Of a DNA stretch of 64,000 nucleotides, positions 28,996-38,900 are shown in pieces (position 1 is the first letter of the stretch; the number at the start of each line of letters is the position of its first letter). Both the position numbers and the translations under genes were made by a program. The notes under the pieces were generated by a model. It was not told the origin of the DNA. It worked only from the letters and a program-made list of their open reading frames with translations, and did not search any database. The stretch comes from a virus. Taxonomy: Duplodnaviria > Caudoviricetes. The stretch is taken from positions 32,001 to 96,000 of the IMG/VR virus record IMGVR_UViG_3300043105_000102. One strand, written 5' to 3'.

Positions 28996-30111
28996 ATGCC
29001 AATCAATTACGATAAAGAAGAAGTTAGAAGCCAACTAACTAGAGAGAATATCTTTGAGCTTATGGATGAACTTGGCGGCAACCCCTCTTATTCTTCTGGC
29101 TGTATTATTTCAGATACTATCTGTCATAATCTTCCGGGAGAAGGAAGCCATAAACTGTATTATTATTTTAATAGTGAATTGTATATCTGTTTTACTGGGG
29201 GCTGCGAGGAACATACGTTCGATGTCTTTGACCTTGTGCGCAAAGTGGCTAAAATCCAATGGGGCAAGAATTTTGATTTAAACGATTCAATTAGATGGAT
29301 TTGTCAAAGATTTGGCATTTTAGGAACAGAGCAGGAAGAAGAAGTCCAAAAGTCTCCAGATTGGGATCTTCTAGCTAACTACGAGCGAATCCAAGAGCTA
29401 AAGAAAGAGAGACGTTCGCCCGAAATAATCTTAAAAGAATATGATGATACAATTCTAAAAAATCTTAATTACAATTTAATTATTACCCCTTGGCGCCAAG
29501 AGGGGATTTCACAGAAAGCAATTGAATTAAACCGCATAGGTTACTTTTTGGGCGGCGATCAAATAACAATCCCCCACTTTGATAGGAATAATAGATTTAT
29601 AGGGTTGCGCGGCAGAACCCTTTGCCAAGAAGATGCTGATAGATTTGGTAAGTATAGACCTTTAAAGGTCAACAATATTCAATACAACCATCCTCTTGGA
29701 TATAATCTATATAACCTAAATTTCTCTAAAGACAATATTAGGAAGATGGGGAAAGCCGTTGTCTTTGAGTCAGAAAAATCTACTTTACAGTATAAATCTT
29801 ATTTTGGGGCTGAGAATGATATTTCTGTGGCCTGTTGCGGTTCAAATATTTCAGCTTATCAAATAAAACTATTACTAGATGCTGGCGTTAAAGAAGTTGT
29901 AGTAGCCCTTGACCGCCAGTTCCAAGAAATTGGCGATAAAGAGTTTAAGCATTTAACTAGTAGTCTAATTAGGTTAAATGAAAGATATAAAAATTACGTA
30001 AATATTAGTTTTATTTTTGATAAGCATATGATTACTGACTATAAGGCTAGTCCAACAGACCAAGGGCCAGAAACTTTTTTACAGCTATATAAAGAAAGGA
30101 TTATCTTATGA
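28996..30111 (+). CDS. DNA primase
   Basis: CHN...C...C Zn domain, IPH...G.RGR, KY, LYNL, FESEKS, ALD TOPRIM. Confidence 0.85.
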   Translation: MPINYDKEEVRSQLTRENIFELMDELGGNPSYSSGCIISDTICHNLPGEGSHKLYYYFNSELYICFTGGCEEHTFDVFDLVRKVAKIQWGKNFDLNDSIRWICQRFGILGTEQEEEVQKSPDWDLLANYERIQELKKERRSPEIILKEYDDTILKNLNYNLIITPWRQEGISQKAIELNRIGYFLGGDQITIPHFDRNNRFIGLRGRTLCQEDADRFGKYRPLKVNNIQYNHPLGYNLYNLNFSKDNIRKMGKAVVFESEKSTLQYKSYFGAENDISVACCGSNISAYQIKLLLDAGVKEVVVALDRQFQEIGDKEFKHLTSSLIRLNERYKNYVNISFIFDKHMITDYKASPTDQGPETFLQLYKERIIL

Positions 30112-30431
30112 GATATGGAATTTGGTGGTATAATGACAGGGAAGCTGCTATTTGGTATCTTCAAAATGTTATAGTAAAAGCATATGATGCGATTGGAATA
30201 GAAGTTAGTCGAAGTAAGACTTCAAAGCAGGATAGCTGTACCTTTGTTGAGTTTAAGAATGGGGACATATATAACGTAATGAAAGCTTCAGATGCTAAGA
30301 GAGGTGTTGCCTTAAATGTCTCAATTATTGAATGCGGCATGCCAACAGAGCTAATTCACGATATTATTAAGCCTTGTACCAAGTTTCAGCCTCGGACAAT
30401 AACCTATTATATTCAAGAAAATAGATTATAA
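30108..30431 (+). CDS. Hypothetical protein
   Basis: 107-aa ORF overlapping the primase stop (ATGA). Confidence 0.6.
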   Translation: MRYGIWWYNDREAAIWYLQNVIVKAYDAIGIEVSRSKTSKQDSCTFVEFKNGDIYNVMKASDAKRGVALNVSIIECGMPTELIHDIIKPCTKFQPRTITYYIQENRL

Positions 30432-30491
30432 GGAGCGATTTTATTAAGGAAAAGAAAGAGGTATTCCATATGAAAGGAGGTTGAATTTCAT

Positions 30492-32249
30492 ATGGAATAT
30501 CAACTAAGAACATCATTGCTCCCACAAGAAAAGAATTATACAGTGGTTGAACGGGTGTTCGCAAATAGAGGTATTGAACCTAAAAACATTAGTCATTACC
30601 TTCACACAACCGATAATGATATATTAGACCCTAGTTTAATAACTAATATCAAAGAGGGGGCGGCCATGCTAGTCCGCCATATCCAACAGAAAGATAAAAC
30701 TATGGTAATTGTTGATTCTGATGCTGATGGATTTACAAGTTCGGCCTTTTTATTGAACTATCTTAATTGCCTTTTTCCGAGTTTTATAAAAGATAATGTG
30801 GAATATGCCCTCCACGAGGAAAAGACCCACGGTATTATTCTTGACGCTATTACAGAGGATACTAAGCTAGTTATTGTGCCGGACGCCAGTAGTAATGAAT
30901 ACGAAATTCATAAGCAGCTTAAAGATAGAGGTTGCGATGTTTTATGTATTGATCATCATCAAGCTCCAAAGGTTTCAGAGTATGCTTGTGTAATAAATAA
31001 TCAATTATGTGATTATCCCACAAAATCTTTATCAGGCGTTGGAATGGTTTATAAGTTTTGTAGTTATCTGGATGAATTGTTGGAAACTAATTATGCCGAT
31101 AACTTTTTAGATTTGGCTGCTGTTGGAATCTTGGCCGATATGATGTCCTTAAAGGATTATGAGACAAAGCATATCATAAATAAAGGTCTTAATAATGTTC
31201 AGAATCCTTTTTTGAAGGAAATCTGTGACGCCCAAGCCTATTCTATTAGCAGGGCAGGAGGGTTATGCCCTTTTGCAGTTAGCTTTTATATAGCCCCCCA
31301 AATTAACGCCACAACTAGAGTGGGGACTATGGAAGAAAAGATTCTACTTTTTGAATCCATGCTAGACTTTAAGGGCTATGAAGAAATTCCTTCGACCAAA
31401 AGAGGATGCAAAGGAAAATTTGAAACAAAGGCCGCCCAAGCTTGCCGCAACTGTACTAAGATTAAAAGGCGCCAATCTGAAGTAGTCGAATCTAGTTTGG
31501 ATATTATAGAAAACATCATAGAAGAAAAGAATTTAGCAGAGAACAAAGTTATTGCTGTTAAATTACAAAAAGAACAAGTAGTAAATAGAAGTCTAACTGG
31601 CTTAATCGCCAACCAGCTTATGGCTAAATATAAACATCCTATTTTAATTCTCCTTAAAGGAGAAGATGGAACTTGGTCAGGGTCTGGTAGAGGGTTTGAC
31701 ACAGTAGGCTTTAACAATTTTAGGGATTTTATCGAACAGAGTGGTTTAGCCGAATATAGTCAAGGACATCCAGATGCTTTTGGAACTTCCTTTACAGAAG
31801 AAAACTTTAAAGCTTTTATAGAATACTCAAATAAGGTTTTAAAAGATTGCGCCTTTTTACCGTATCTTACTGTAGATTTTATTTGGGATTCTAATAACTT
31901 CTCTGGGAAAGATATTATAGAATTGGCTAAATTAAATTGTATCTGGGGGCAAGGGCTTGAGAAACCTTATATAATGATAAGGGACATTCATGTTACCCCT
32001 GATTCAGTAAATTTACTATCTAGAGATAAAAACCCCACGCTAAAGATTACTCTTAATAATGGAGTTAGTCTTATAAAATTCAAGTCGTCCGAGGAAGAAT
32101 ACCAGTCTTTGCTGGCTAGTTCTGACCTTGGAAGTGTAGACATTAATGTTATTGGAACTTGTAAAATTAATGAATGGAATGGTATTATCAGTCCGCAAAT
32201 GGAAATCGAACAATATGAAATTGTAAGAAAAGTTGATTATTTCTTTTAA
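30492..32249 (+). CDS. recJ: RecJ-like ssDNA exonuclease
   Basis: DSDADG, HG, DHH, LSGVG, ADMM, P.INA..R, GSGR, GH..AFG. Confidence 0.92.
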   Translation: MEYQLRTSLLPQEKNYTVVERVFANRGIEPKNISHYLHTTDNDILDPSLITNIKEGAAMLVRHIQQKDKTMVIVDSDADGFTSSAFLLNYLNCLFPSFIKDNVEYALHEEKTHGIILDAITEDTKLVIVPDASSNEYEIHKQLKDRGCDVLCIDHHQAPKVSEYACVINNQLCDYPTKSLSGVGMVYKFCSYLDELLETNYADNFLDLAAVGILADMMSLKDYETKHIINKGLNNVQNPFLKEICDAQAYSISRAGGLCPFAVSFYIAPQINATTRVGTMEEKILLFESMLDFKGYEEIPSTKRGCKGKFETKAAQACRNCTKIKRRQSEVVESSLDIIENIIEEKNLAENKVIAVKLQKEQVVNRSLTGLIANQLMAKYKHPILILLKGEDGTWSGSGRGFDTVGFNNFRDFIEQSGLAEYSQGHPDAFGTSFTEENFKAFIEYSNKVLKDCAFLPYLTVDFIWDSNNFSGKDIIELAKLNCIWGQGLEKPYIMIRDIHVTPDSVNLLSRDKNPTLKITLNNGVSLIKFKSSEEEYQSLLASSDLGSVDINVIGTCKINEWNGIISPQMEIEQYEIVRKVDYFF

Positions 32250-32306
32250 GAAAATACTGTTCTAGTACACAATCCGACTTAAACAAATTAGAAGGAGAAA
32301 TGTATT

Positions 32307-33041
32307 ATGAAAAAGATTTTTTTATGCGTTATTGCTTTTTTAACGGTTTTTTCCTTAAGCGTTAATGCGATGGCTTATAGTAAGGAAGAACTTACTGAAT
32401 TGATTAATGAATGTGAAACTAAATTACCGTATGCTTATTCTATGGCCGAAGCCTGCGAAGGGCTTGGCTATAGCGAAGACCATCTTGTATCAGTAATTGC
32501 TTCACAAGAGATTTTTAATTTAGAAAGCTCTCTTAAGGCATACCGCAAAGAGTATAACGAAATAATTGAGGAAGAGAAAAAAGAAGCTGAACTTAAAAGT
32601 ATCCAAAAGAAGAAAGATGAATATCCAGTGGCTACAACTATATGGTATTATTTAAAGGGTCAAGGCTATAATAATTATGTGGCGGCCGGCATTTTAGGTA
32701 ACATTATGGCCGAGGTTGGCGGCCAATCTTTAGACATTCAACCTTCCCTTTCTAACAATAGTTATTATGGGATGTGTCAATGGAGTAAAAAGTATTATCC
32801 GCAAGCAAATGGACTAAGCCTTGGCGGCCAATGCGAGTTTTTAACAAGTACTATTGAATATGAGTTCAACACTTATGGATACAAGTATCAAAGCGGTTTT
32901 AATTATTCTCAATTTTTAACTTTAGACAATGAAAGAGCTGCAAGTTTGGCGTTTGCTAAATGCTATGAGCGCTGCGGCTCAGGTTCTTATTCAGTCAGAC
33001 AAAATAATGCTACTAAAGCACTCGAATATTTTACTAGCTGA
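32307..33041 (+). CDS. Secreted cell-wall hydrolase (phage tail lysozyme-like domain)
   Basis: Signal peptide, coiled coil, AAGILGN..AE, YG.CQW, F...YER. Confidence 0.75.
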   Translation: MKKIFLCVIAFLTVFSLSVNAMAYSKEELTELINECETKLPYAYSMAEACEGLGYSEDHLVSVIASQEIFNLESSLKAYRKEYNEIIEEEKKEAELKSIQKKKDEYPVATTIWYYLKGQGYNNYVAAGILGNIMAEVGGQSLDIQPSLSNNSYYGMCQWSKKYYPQANGLSLGGQCEFLTSTIEYEFNTYGYKYQSGFNYSQFLTLDNERAASLAFAKCYERCGSGSYSVRQNNATKALEYFTS

Positions 33042-33170
33042 TTTTAAGGGGAGAGATTTAATATCTCTCCCCTATTTTTGGTTTTGCTGGTCTGGTGGCA
33101 GGTGGAGGCATTGCTCGAAAACAGGATTAAAAATGGCCTTTAGAAATTTTGCGGCCAAAAATCCTCTTTA

Positions 33171-33199
33171 TTGATTTTCTTAGTAAAAAAGAGTATAAT
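33171..33199 (+). promoter_or_regulatory. Sigma-A-type promoter
   Basis: TTGATT-17-TATAAT. Confidence 0.7.
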
Positions 33200-33228
33200 A
33201 TATATAGAAAGTAAAAGGAGTAATAGAT

Positions 33229-33384
33229 ATGGATAAAGACCCTTTCTTAGACCAACTAGAAAAAAGTGCTAAGTATTTTAATGAGCGCAAATTTAACACA
33301 TATATCTATAATATTCTTTGCTTGAAATGTAAACTTGCATTTAGGCTATTGGCCGCCATAGTTAAAGGAGGAAAACATGGTTAG
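33229..33384 (+). CDS. Hypothetical 51-aa protein (missing from ORF track)
   Basis: AAGGAG RBS directly after the promoter. Confidence 0.55.
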   Translation: MDKDPFLDQLEKSAKYFNERKFNTYIYNILCLKCKLAFRLLAAIVKGGKHG

Positions 33385-33577
33385 TTATGTGACTGAGGTA
33401 TGCTATAAAGATTTTAAAGCTTTGTTGGATGATTACCAGAAGATAAAGCATCATTACCCGCTCTTTATTATTATGAGCGATTTGACCCATAAAGACCTTC
33501 AAAATGATGGCTGGAATAGCCCTGACAATGTTGCTATTTGTGAAAAGTTCGGATATGGCGAAATAACCTTTATTTGA
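33377..33577 (+). CDS. Hypothetical protein
   Basis: AGGAGG RBS. Confidence 0.6.
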   Translation: MVSYVTEVCYKDFKALLDDYQKIKHHYPLFIIMSDLTHKDLQNDGWNSPDNVAICEKFGYGEITFI

Positions 33578-33602
33578 TTTAGACAGAGAAATATGGTATA
33601 AT
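33574..33602 (+). promoter_or_regulatory. Sigma-A-type promoter
   Basis: TTGATT-17-TATAAT with TG. Confidence 0.7.
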
Positions 33603-33620
33603 ATAAGAAAAGGAACTATT

Positions 33621-33860
33621 ATGTTTAAAGAAAACTCCGCAGAAGAGCTAACTGAGGAACGTAAACTTAAAGAATATATATATGATAGTTTGTGCTTAAG
33701 ATATAAGATTGCCAGAGAAGCACAGGCAAGACATGAGGTAAATACTCATTATAATGGCAATATAAAAACAGCCATAGAAGCTGCTAAAAGAGATGAAATG
33801 AGATTTTATCAAATTTTGGATGATGTAATTTTTAATATGGAAGGAGGAAATAAAATTTGA
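33621..33860 (+). CDS. Hypothetical protein
   Basis: AAGGA RBS after the promoter. Confidence 0.6.
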   Translation: MFKENSAEELTEERKLKEYIYDSLCLRYKIAREAQARHEVNTHYNGNIKTAIEAAKRDEMRFYQILDDVIFNMEGGNKI

Positions 33861-35382
33861 TTCTTACTAATAAGCAAGAAGAAGGTTTGAAGATTATTGT
33901 AGCCAGATACAAAGCAGGAGAAAAATATACTGTTGTATCTGGCTACGCTTAAAAGCTGGTGTCGGTAAAAGCGTTTTAGTTAGATTTGCTGTTGAAGCTT
34001 TGGGGGTGCCAGAAGATACAGTAGCTTATGCTACATATACGGGCAAGGCCGCCGAAGTTTTACGCAAAAAGGGTAATAAGGGGGCTATCACACTTCATAA
34101 GCTTCTATATAACTGCTATCCTCGTAAAGATGGCGGATTTTATAGAGAACCTAAAAAATATTTGGACTATAAAGTTGTTGTTGCTGACGAGTGTAGTATG
34201 ATCCCTAAGACTATGGTAGACCTTCTTTTGAAGCATAATGTTTATGTATTATTCTTAGGTGACCCGTTTTAAAGCACTGGGACGGGCTAAAATAATCTAA
34301 TTGCGGGAACCTCCTGAGAGTTCACTCTACTAACTTATTATAGTGATATGAATAAGGGCAAAGGGTAATGCCGGAGATTTAAGTAAAAACGAGTGAAATT
34401 GGACAATCCGCAGCTAAGTTTCTAAAAGGTTTTAGAAAAAAGTTCAACGACTATCGAAAAGTATTTAATTACTGAGTAGAGTACACTGCAAGTTTATGGC
34501 AGTGGAAATGGTTATCCTAGAAGATATAGTCTGCTCTCACGAGAAATTGTGAGCTTGGATATTCCAAGAGATAAGGTTTGCGCCCTTATCTAAACAGGGA
34601 GGCAGCTCCCACCAATAAATAAAGATGAAGCAAATGACCTTCTAGAGCATCCTCATATCTTTCTTGATGAAGTATTGCGCCAAGCTGCTGACTCAGAAAT
34701 TATTCGAATGACTATGAAAATCCGTAACAATGAGCCTATTCCTTATTTCAAAGGAACTGATGTTATGGTAATTCCAAAAGCAGAGTTAGTAAACTCTTGT
34801 TATACTTGGGCCGATCAAGTATTGGTCGCCACGAATAGGACTAGAAAATCTATCAACACTCAAGTTAGAAAGATGAAGGGACTCAGTGGGTTGCCGCAAG
34901 ATGGAGACAAGATTATCTGTTTGTCAAACTATTGGGACGATATTTCTATGACCGGAGATGCCCTAGTAAATGGCACTACTGGAACTGTACGCAACCCGGT
35001 AGGAAGAGTAAAGAAGGTTCCTTATTTCTTTAATATTCCCGAAAATTCCATTCATAGCATCCAATTCGACTTTGAAACAGAAGAAGGCTCTTGTTTCAGT
35101 GGCATTGAAATGGATGAAAAATTAATTCAAACTGGAAGAAAGGCTGTTGAAGATTATAGTGTTGCTTATCGTTTGAAAAGCTACGAAAAGAAAACCGGAG
35201 AAGAGTTTATTCCCAAAGAGTTTGACTATGGGTATGCTATTACGACTCATAAAGCCCAAGGTAGTTCTTGGCCAAAAGTACTAGTAATAGAAGAGCATTT
35301 TCCAACTATTCAAGAGGAACACGCCCGCCATTTGTATACTAGCTGTACAAGAGCTTCTTCTCGGTTAGTTTTGGTACGTTAA
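33857..35382 (+). CDS. Dda/RecD-like SF1B helicase; segments 33857-33949, 33958-34269, 34603-35382 (394 aa if the 8-nt gap is skipped and the intron spliced)
   Basis: AGGAGG RBS plus TTG; LT.KQ, GYA[8 nt]GVGKS, TGKAA, TLHKLLY, DECSM, GDPF|QLPP, RQ, YAITTHKAQGS, YT..TRA. Confidence 0.85.
34270..34602 (+). mobile_element. Group I intron, ORF-less (333 nt), in the Dda-like helicase (boundaries could both shift 1 nt left)
   Basis: CCCGUUU pairs with GGACGGG; AATTGCGGGAA, AATCCGCAGC, TTCAACGACTA, AAGATATAGTC; terminal G. Confidence 0.9.
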
Positions 35383-35948
35383 TGAATTTAGTAACAATTG
35401 ATTTCGACATAATTATGGCGCCTAGCATTGAAAGTTATAATAATCAAGTTTCTACTAGTCGGCCAATAGAAAAGATAAAAGAAGATTTTCCTTTTCTTCC
35501 AGAGTTTCCGGCTGATTTGTATATCTATGAGTATCTTACGAGATATATTTTAAGTGTTGCTAAACAGAATAAGAAAATATATTTTATTGACGACCATAGT
35601 GAAGTAGTTCAATTTTTTGAGACGCCCCCTTATAGCCTGTATAATATAGACCACCATCATGATATAGGCTATAATTGGGGAGCTTCACGTGATTGCGGCA
35701 ATTGGGTAAGATTTCTTTGGAAAGAAGGAAAAATTACTTCTTACACTTGGATAAACGATGAAAATTCTCAAAAAGCGCCAAAAAGAATCCAAAAGTACTT
35801 AACAGAAGAAAAGAACATTAGAGAGACTAATTTAGAATTATTAGCGCCAGAAACAGATGTTTTGGTATTATGTGCCTCTTATGAATGGGTGCCGCCCCTG
35901 TACCATCCTTTATTTTTGGCGTGGAAAACCATGATTGAATTTATCTAA
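35382..35948 (+). CDS. Hypothetical protein (UPF0489/arginase-like metal motif)
   Basis: TIDFD, NID.HHD, CGNWV. Confidence 0.55.
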   Translation: MNLVTIDFDIIMAPSIESYNNQVSTSRPIEKIKEDFPFLPEFPADLYIYEYLTRYILSVAKQNKKIYFIDDHSEVVQFFETPPYSLYNIDHHHDIGYNWGASRDCGNWVRFLWKEGKITSYTWINDENSQKAPKRIQKYLTEEKNIRETNLELLAPETDVLVLCASYEWVPPLYHPLFLAWKTMIEFI

Positions 35949-35963
35949 AAATTGTAGTATAAT
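35935..35963 (+). promoter_or_regulatory. Sigma-A-type promoter
   Basis: TTGAAT-17-TATAAT. Confidence 0.7.
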
Positions 35964-35993
35964 AGTAATAGTAAAGGGGATGATTAACACATT

Positions 35994-38900
35994 ATGAAGA
36001 TACGAAACTACCCCGGTAGCCTTCATAATCACTAGATACTGATTATAGTAATTTGCGACTTCGTGACTCTATTAACCGATATGATAAGCTTATTGATTAT
36101 GCTATTGAGTTAGGCCACGAAGTTATTGCTTTTACAGAGCATGAATCAGTTTCTAATGCGGTAAAAATCCAAAAGTATTACAAGAAGATTAAGTCCGACC
36201 ATCCCGATTTTAAAGTAATTCTGGGTAATGAGATTTATCTATGCCGAAATGGATTAAATAATGAAAATTTTGTTTCGGGAGAAGATAGATATTGGCACTT
36301 TATACTTTTGGCGAAAGATGCTATTGGCCATCAGCAAATAAGAGAAATTTCTACTAGAGCGTGGAAGCGTTCCTATAAGGCTAGGGGAATGCGGCGAGTC
36401 CCCACTTATTATCAAGATCTTGAAGAAATAATTGGGGCTAATCCCGGCCATGTTATTGGGTCTAGTAGTTGCCTTGGCGGCTATTTACCTTTTTTAATTC
36501 TTAAATATAGAGATAGCAGCAGCGACCAACTCTTATGGCTAGAAAGAATTAACCAATGGACTAATAGTATAGAACAGATTTTCGGAAAAGGAAACTTCTT
36601 TTTAGAGCTTCAGCCCTCAGAATCAAAGGAACAAACTTATGTAAATGAGTTTTTGGTTTCTTTTTCCTCTCAGGCAAATATTCCATATATTATCACAACG
36701 GATTGAAAAATAATGCTTATGAAGATTATTAAAGGAATAGAAGGAGGTGAAAAAATGCGTAGTTTAAAGTCTTTTTCGGCAGAAGAAAAACAGCAAATTT
36801 TGAACGATAAAAGAGAAAACCCATTCAAAAGATATTAGATAAAATCTATAGTAACGTACCCTTTTTTGCTTAAAGCGAAAATACATAAGCATTATAAATG
36901 ACAGTCGAGTTAAGCTGTGAAGCTTAATGTTAATCCCCGCTAACCCAGATTGCAATGGGGTGTGAGCCAATGGCTTGCTAACGGTTGAACTCCTGCAAAG
37001 GACAATCCCGTGCTAAATTACTGTAAAGTATAAATGTGTAACGACTAGTTCGGAGGAACGTAGAATGGAGATGCTACCATTCGAAAGACGGGGCATCTGT
37101 TTGAAGCAGCAGATGAAAATATAGTCTATTCTTTATAGCAATATAAAGTATTAAAGAGTCATTATGCTAGAAGGGAAGATAGACCAATTCATAAGGCCTA
37201 TTTGAATGCAGAAGATGGCGATAGAGAAGTTGATTCTTTTTATGCAACGACTTATATGATGGATACAGAGGAACTAGAGAGCCATTTAAGCTTAACAGAC
37301 GAACAACTAGAAATAGCTTATCAGAATATTAGGAAAATAAAAGAAATGTGTTCTGATTATAGCCTGTTAAAGCCTTTGAAGATTCCTGAGTTAGTTTGGA
37401 AAGAGCCATCTTATTTAATTAGTCCAAGCACTTATTATAAACAGATTCCTTATCTTCAAACCTTTGTTGAATCAGAGTATCGTGGAGATAATCTATTGGC
37501 ACAACATGTTGCAGATAGATTATCTTGGGATACAACACTTCAAAATCAAAAAACTTATGATGCACTAGATGAATGTTTAGAGATGACTTGGAAATCATCT
37601 TTAGTCAATAAAACACATTGGAGTGCCTACTATTTAAATCTACAAAAAATAATTGATATTGTCTGGGATGCTGGAAGTCTGGTGGGGCCATCAAGAGGTT
37701 CTGGTACTGGGTTAGTAACTAAGCTCAGTTAAAAATTCGTGAACTATATTGCTCATAGGTGTCTAGTATAATTACTAGGCTAACGGTTCAGAAAGCAGTA
37801 ATGTTATTATGAGTAAGGGAACCTAAGTCTTTAACAAAGATAAGGAAATACCGTGTCAAGTTTGCTGATTATATTAAGCAAAAAGATGTAGAGACTATCG
37901 AAAGGTGTAATAGCTGAGTAGAGTAAAGTGGAAGATGAGCTACCACTTGAAGCGCGAATTACTTATATATTAAGTAAAGAGATAGTCCATGCTATATAGA
38001 AATATATAGTGTTCAGTTGTCTTACTATATGTATTGAATATTATACAGATAAACGCATTGCGTGAAACTACCAAGACAAAAAGTTGGAGATTTCTTAATC
38101 CTAGTCGAGTATCAGTTTTGGATATTGATGTAGATATAGAAGGCTCAAAGCGTGAAAAAGTTTTACAAGCTCTAAGAGATAATTATGGAGAAGATTATGT
38201 AGCTAACGTTATTACTTTTGGCGTTGAAAAGTCCAAATCAGCTATCCTTACTGGTGCAAGAGGACTAGGCATGGACAATAATGACGCACAGTATTTTTCT
38301 TCTTTAATTCCTTCTGACAGAGGTATCACTAGAACTTTACACCAATGTTATTATGGAGATAAAGAAAATGGTTTTGCGCCCATACCTCTATTTGTCAAGG
38401 AAATGGACGAACATCCAGACTTATGGAACGTGGCGCAAAAGATTGAAGGATTGATTTGCCAGATGGGTATTCACGCTGGGGGAGTTATTTTCGTAGATGA
38501 ACCTTTTACCAACTCCACTGGCTTAATGCGGGCGACAGATGGTACAATTATAACAGCTTATGACCTCCATGATTCAGAAGATGTGAGTCAACGAAAGTTA
38601 AGGCTCCTAAATGCTTAATCACTTATCAGTGATGTTATATAGGCTCTTAGAAATAAGGTAAGTAAAAAATACCTATATGGCACCGGGGAAACCTAAGTCA
38701 AAAATGATATGGCAATCCCGGACTAAATTGGGTAGCTTCCAGCTATCCATAAATGTCTATCGACTATCCCTCGGAAGGGGAGTAGAATTACTATTGATAC
38801 GTAATTCAAAACAGCATTCTCTTTAAAAGAGTAAGATATAGTCAGTACCATTGGAAACAATGGAACAATACGCTTATCAAGTACGACCTATTATCGGTTG

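Noticed and set aside
33950-33957. The 8-nt and 5-nt inserts as self-splicing micro-introns
   Set aside because: They are far too short for a catalytic core, and no register gives both exon-U and terminal G while restoring the consensus motif. Trans-excision is not excluded but has no support here.
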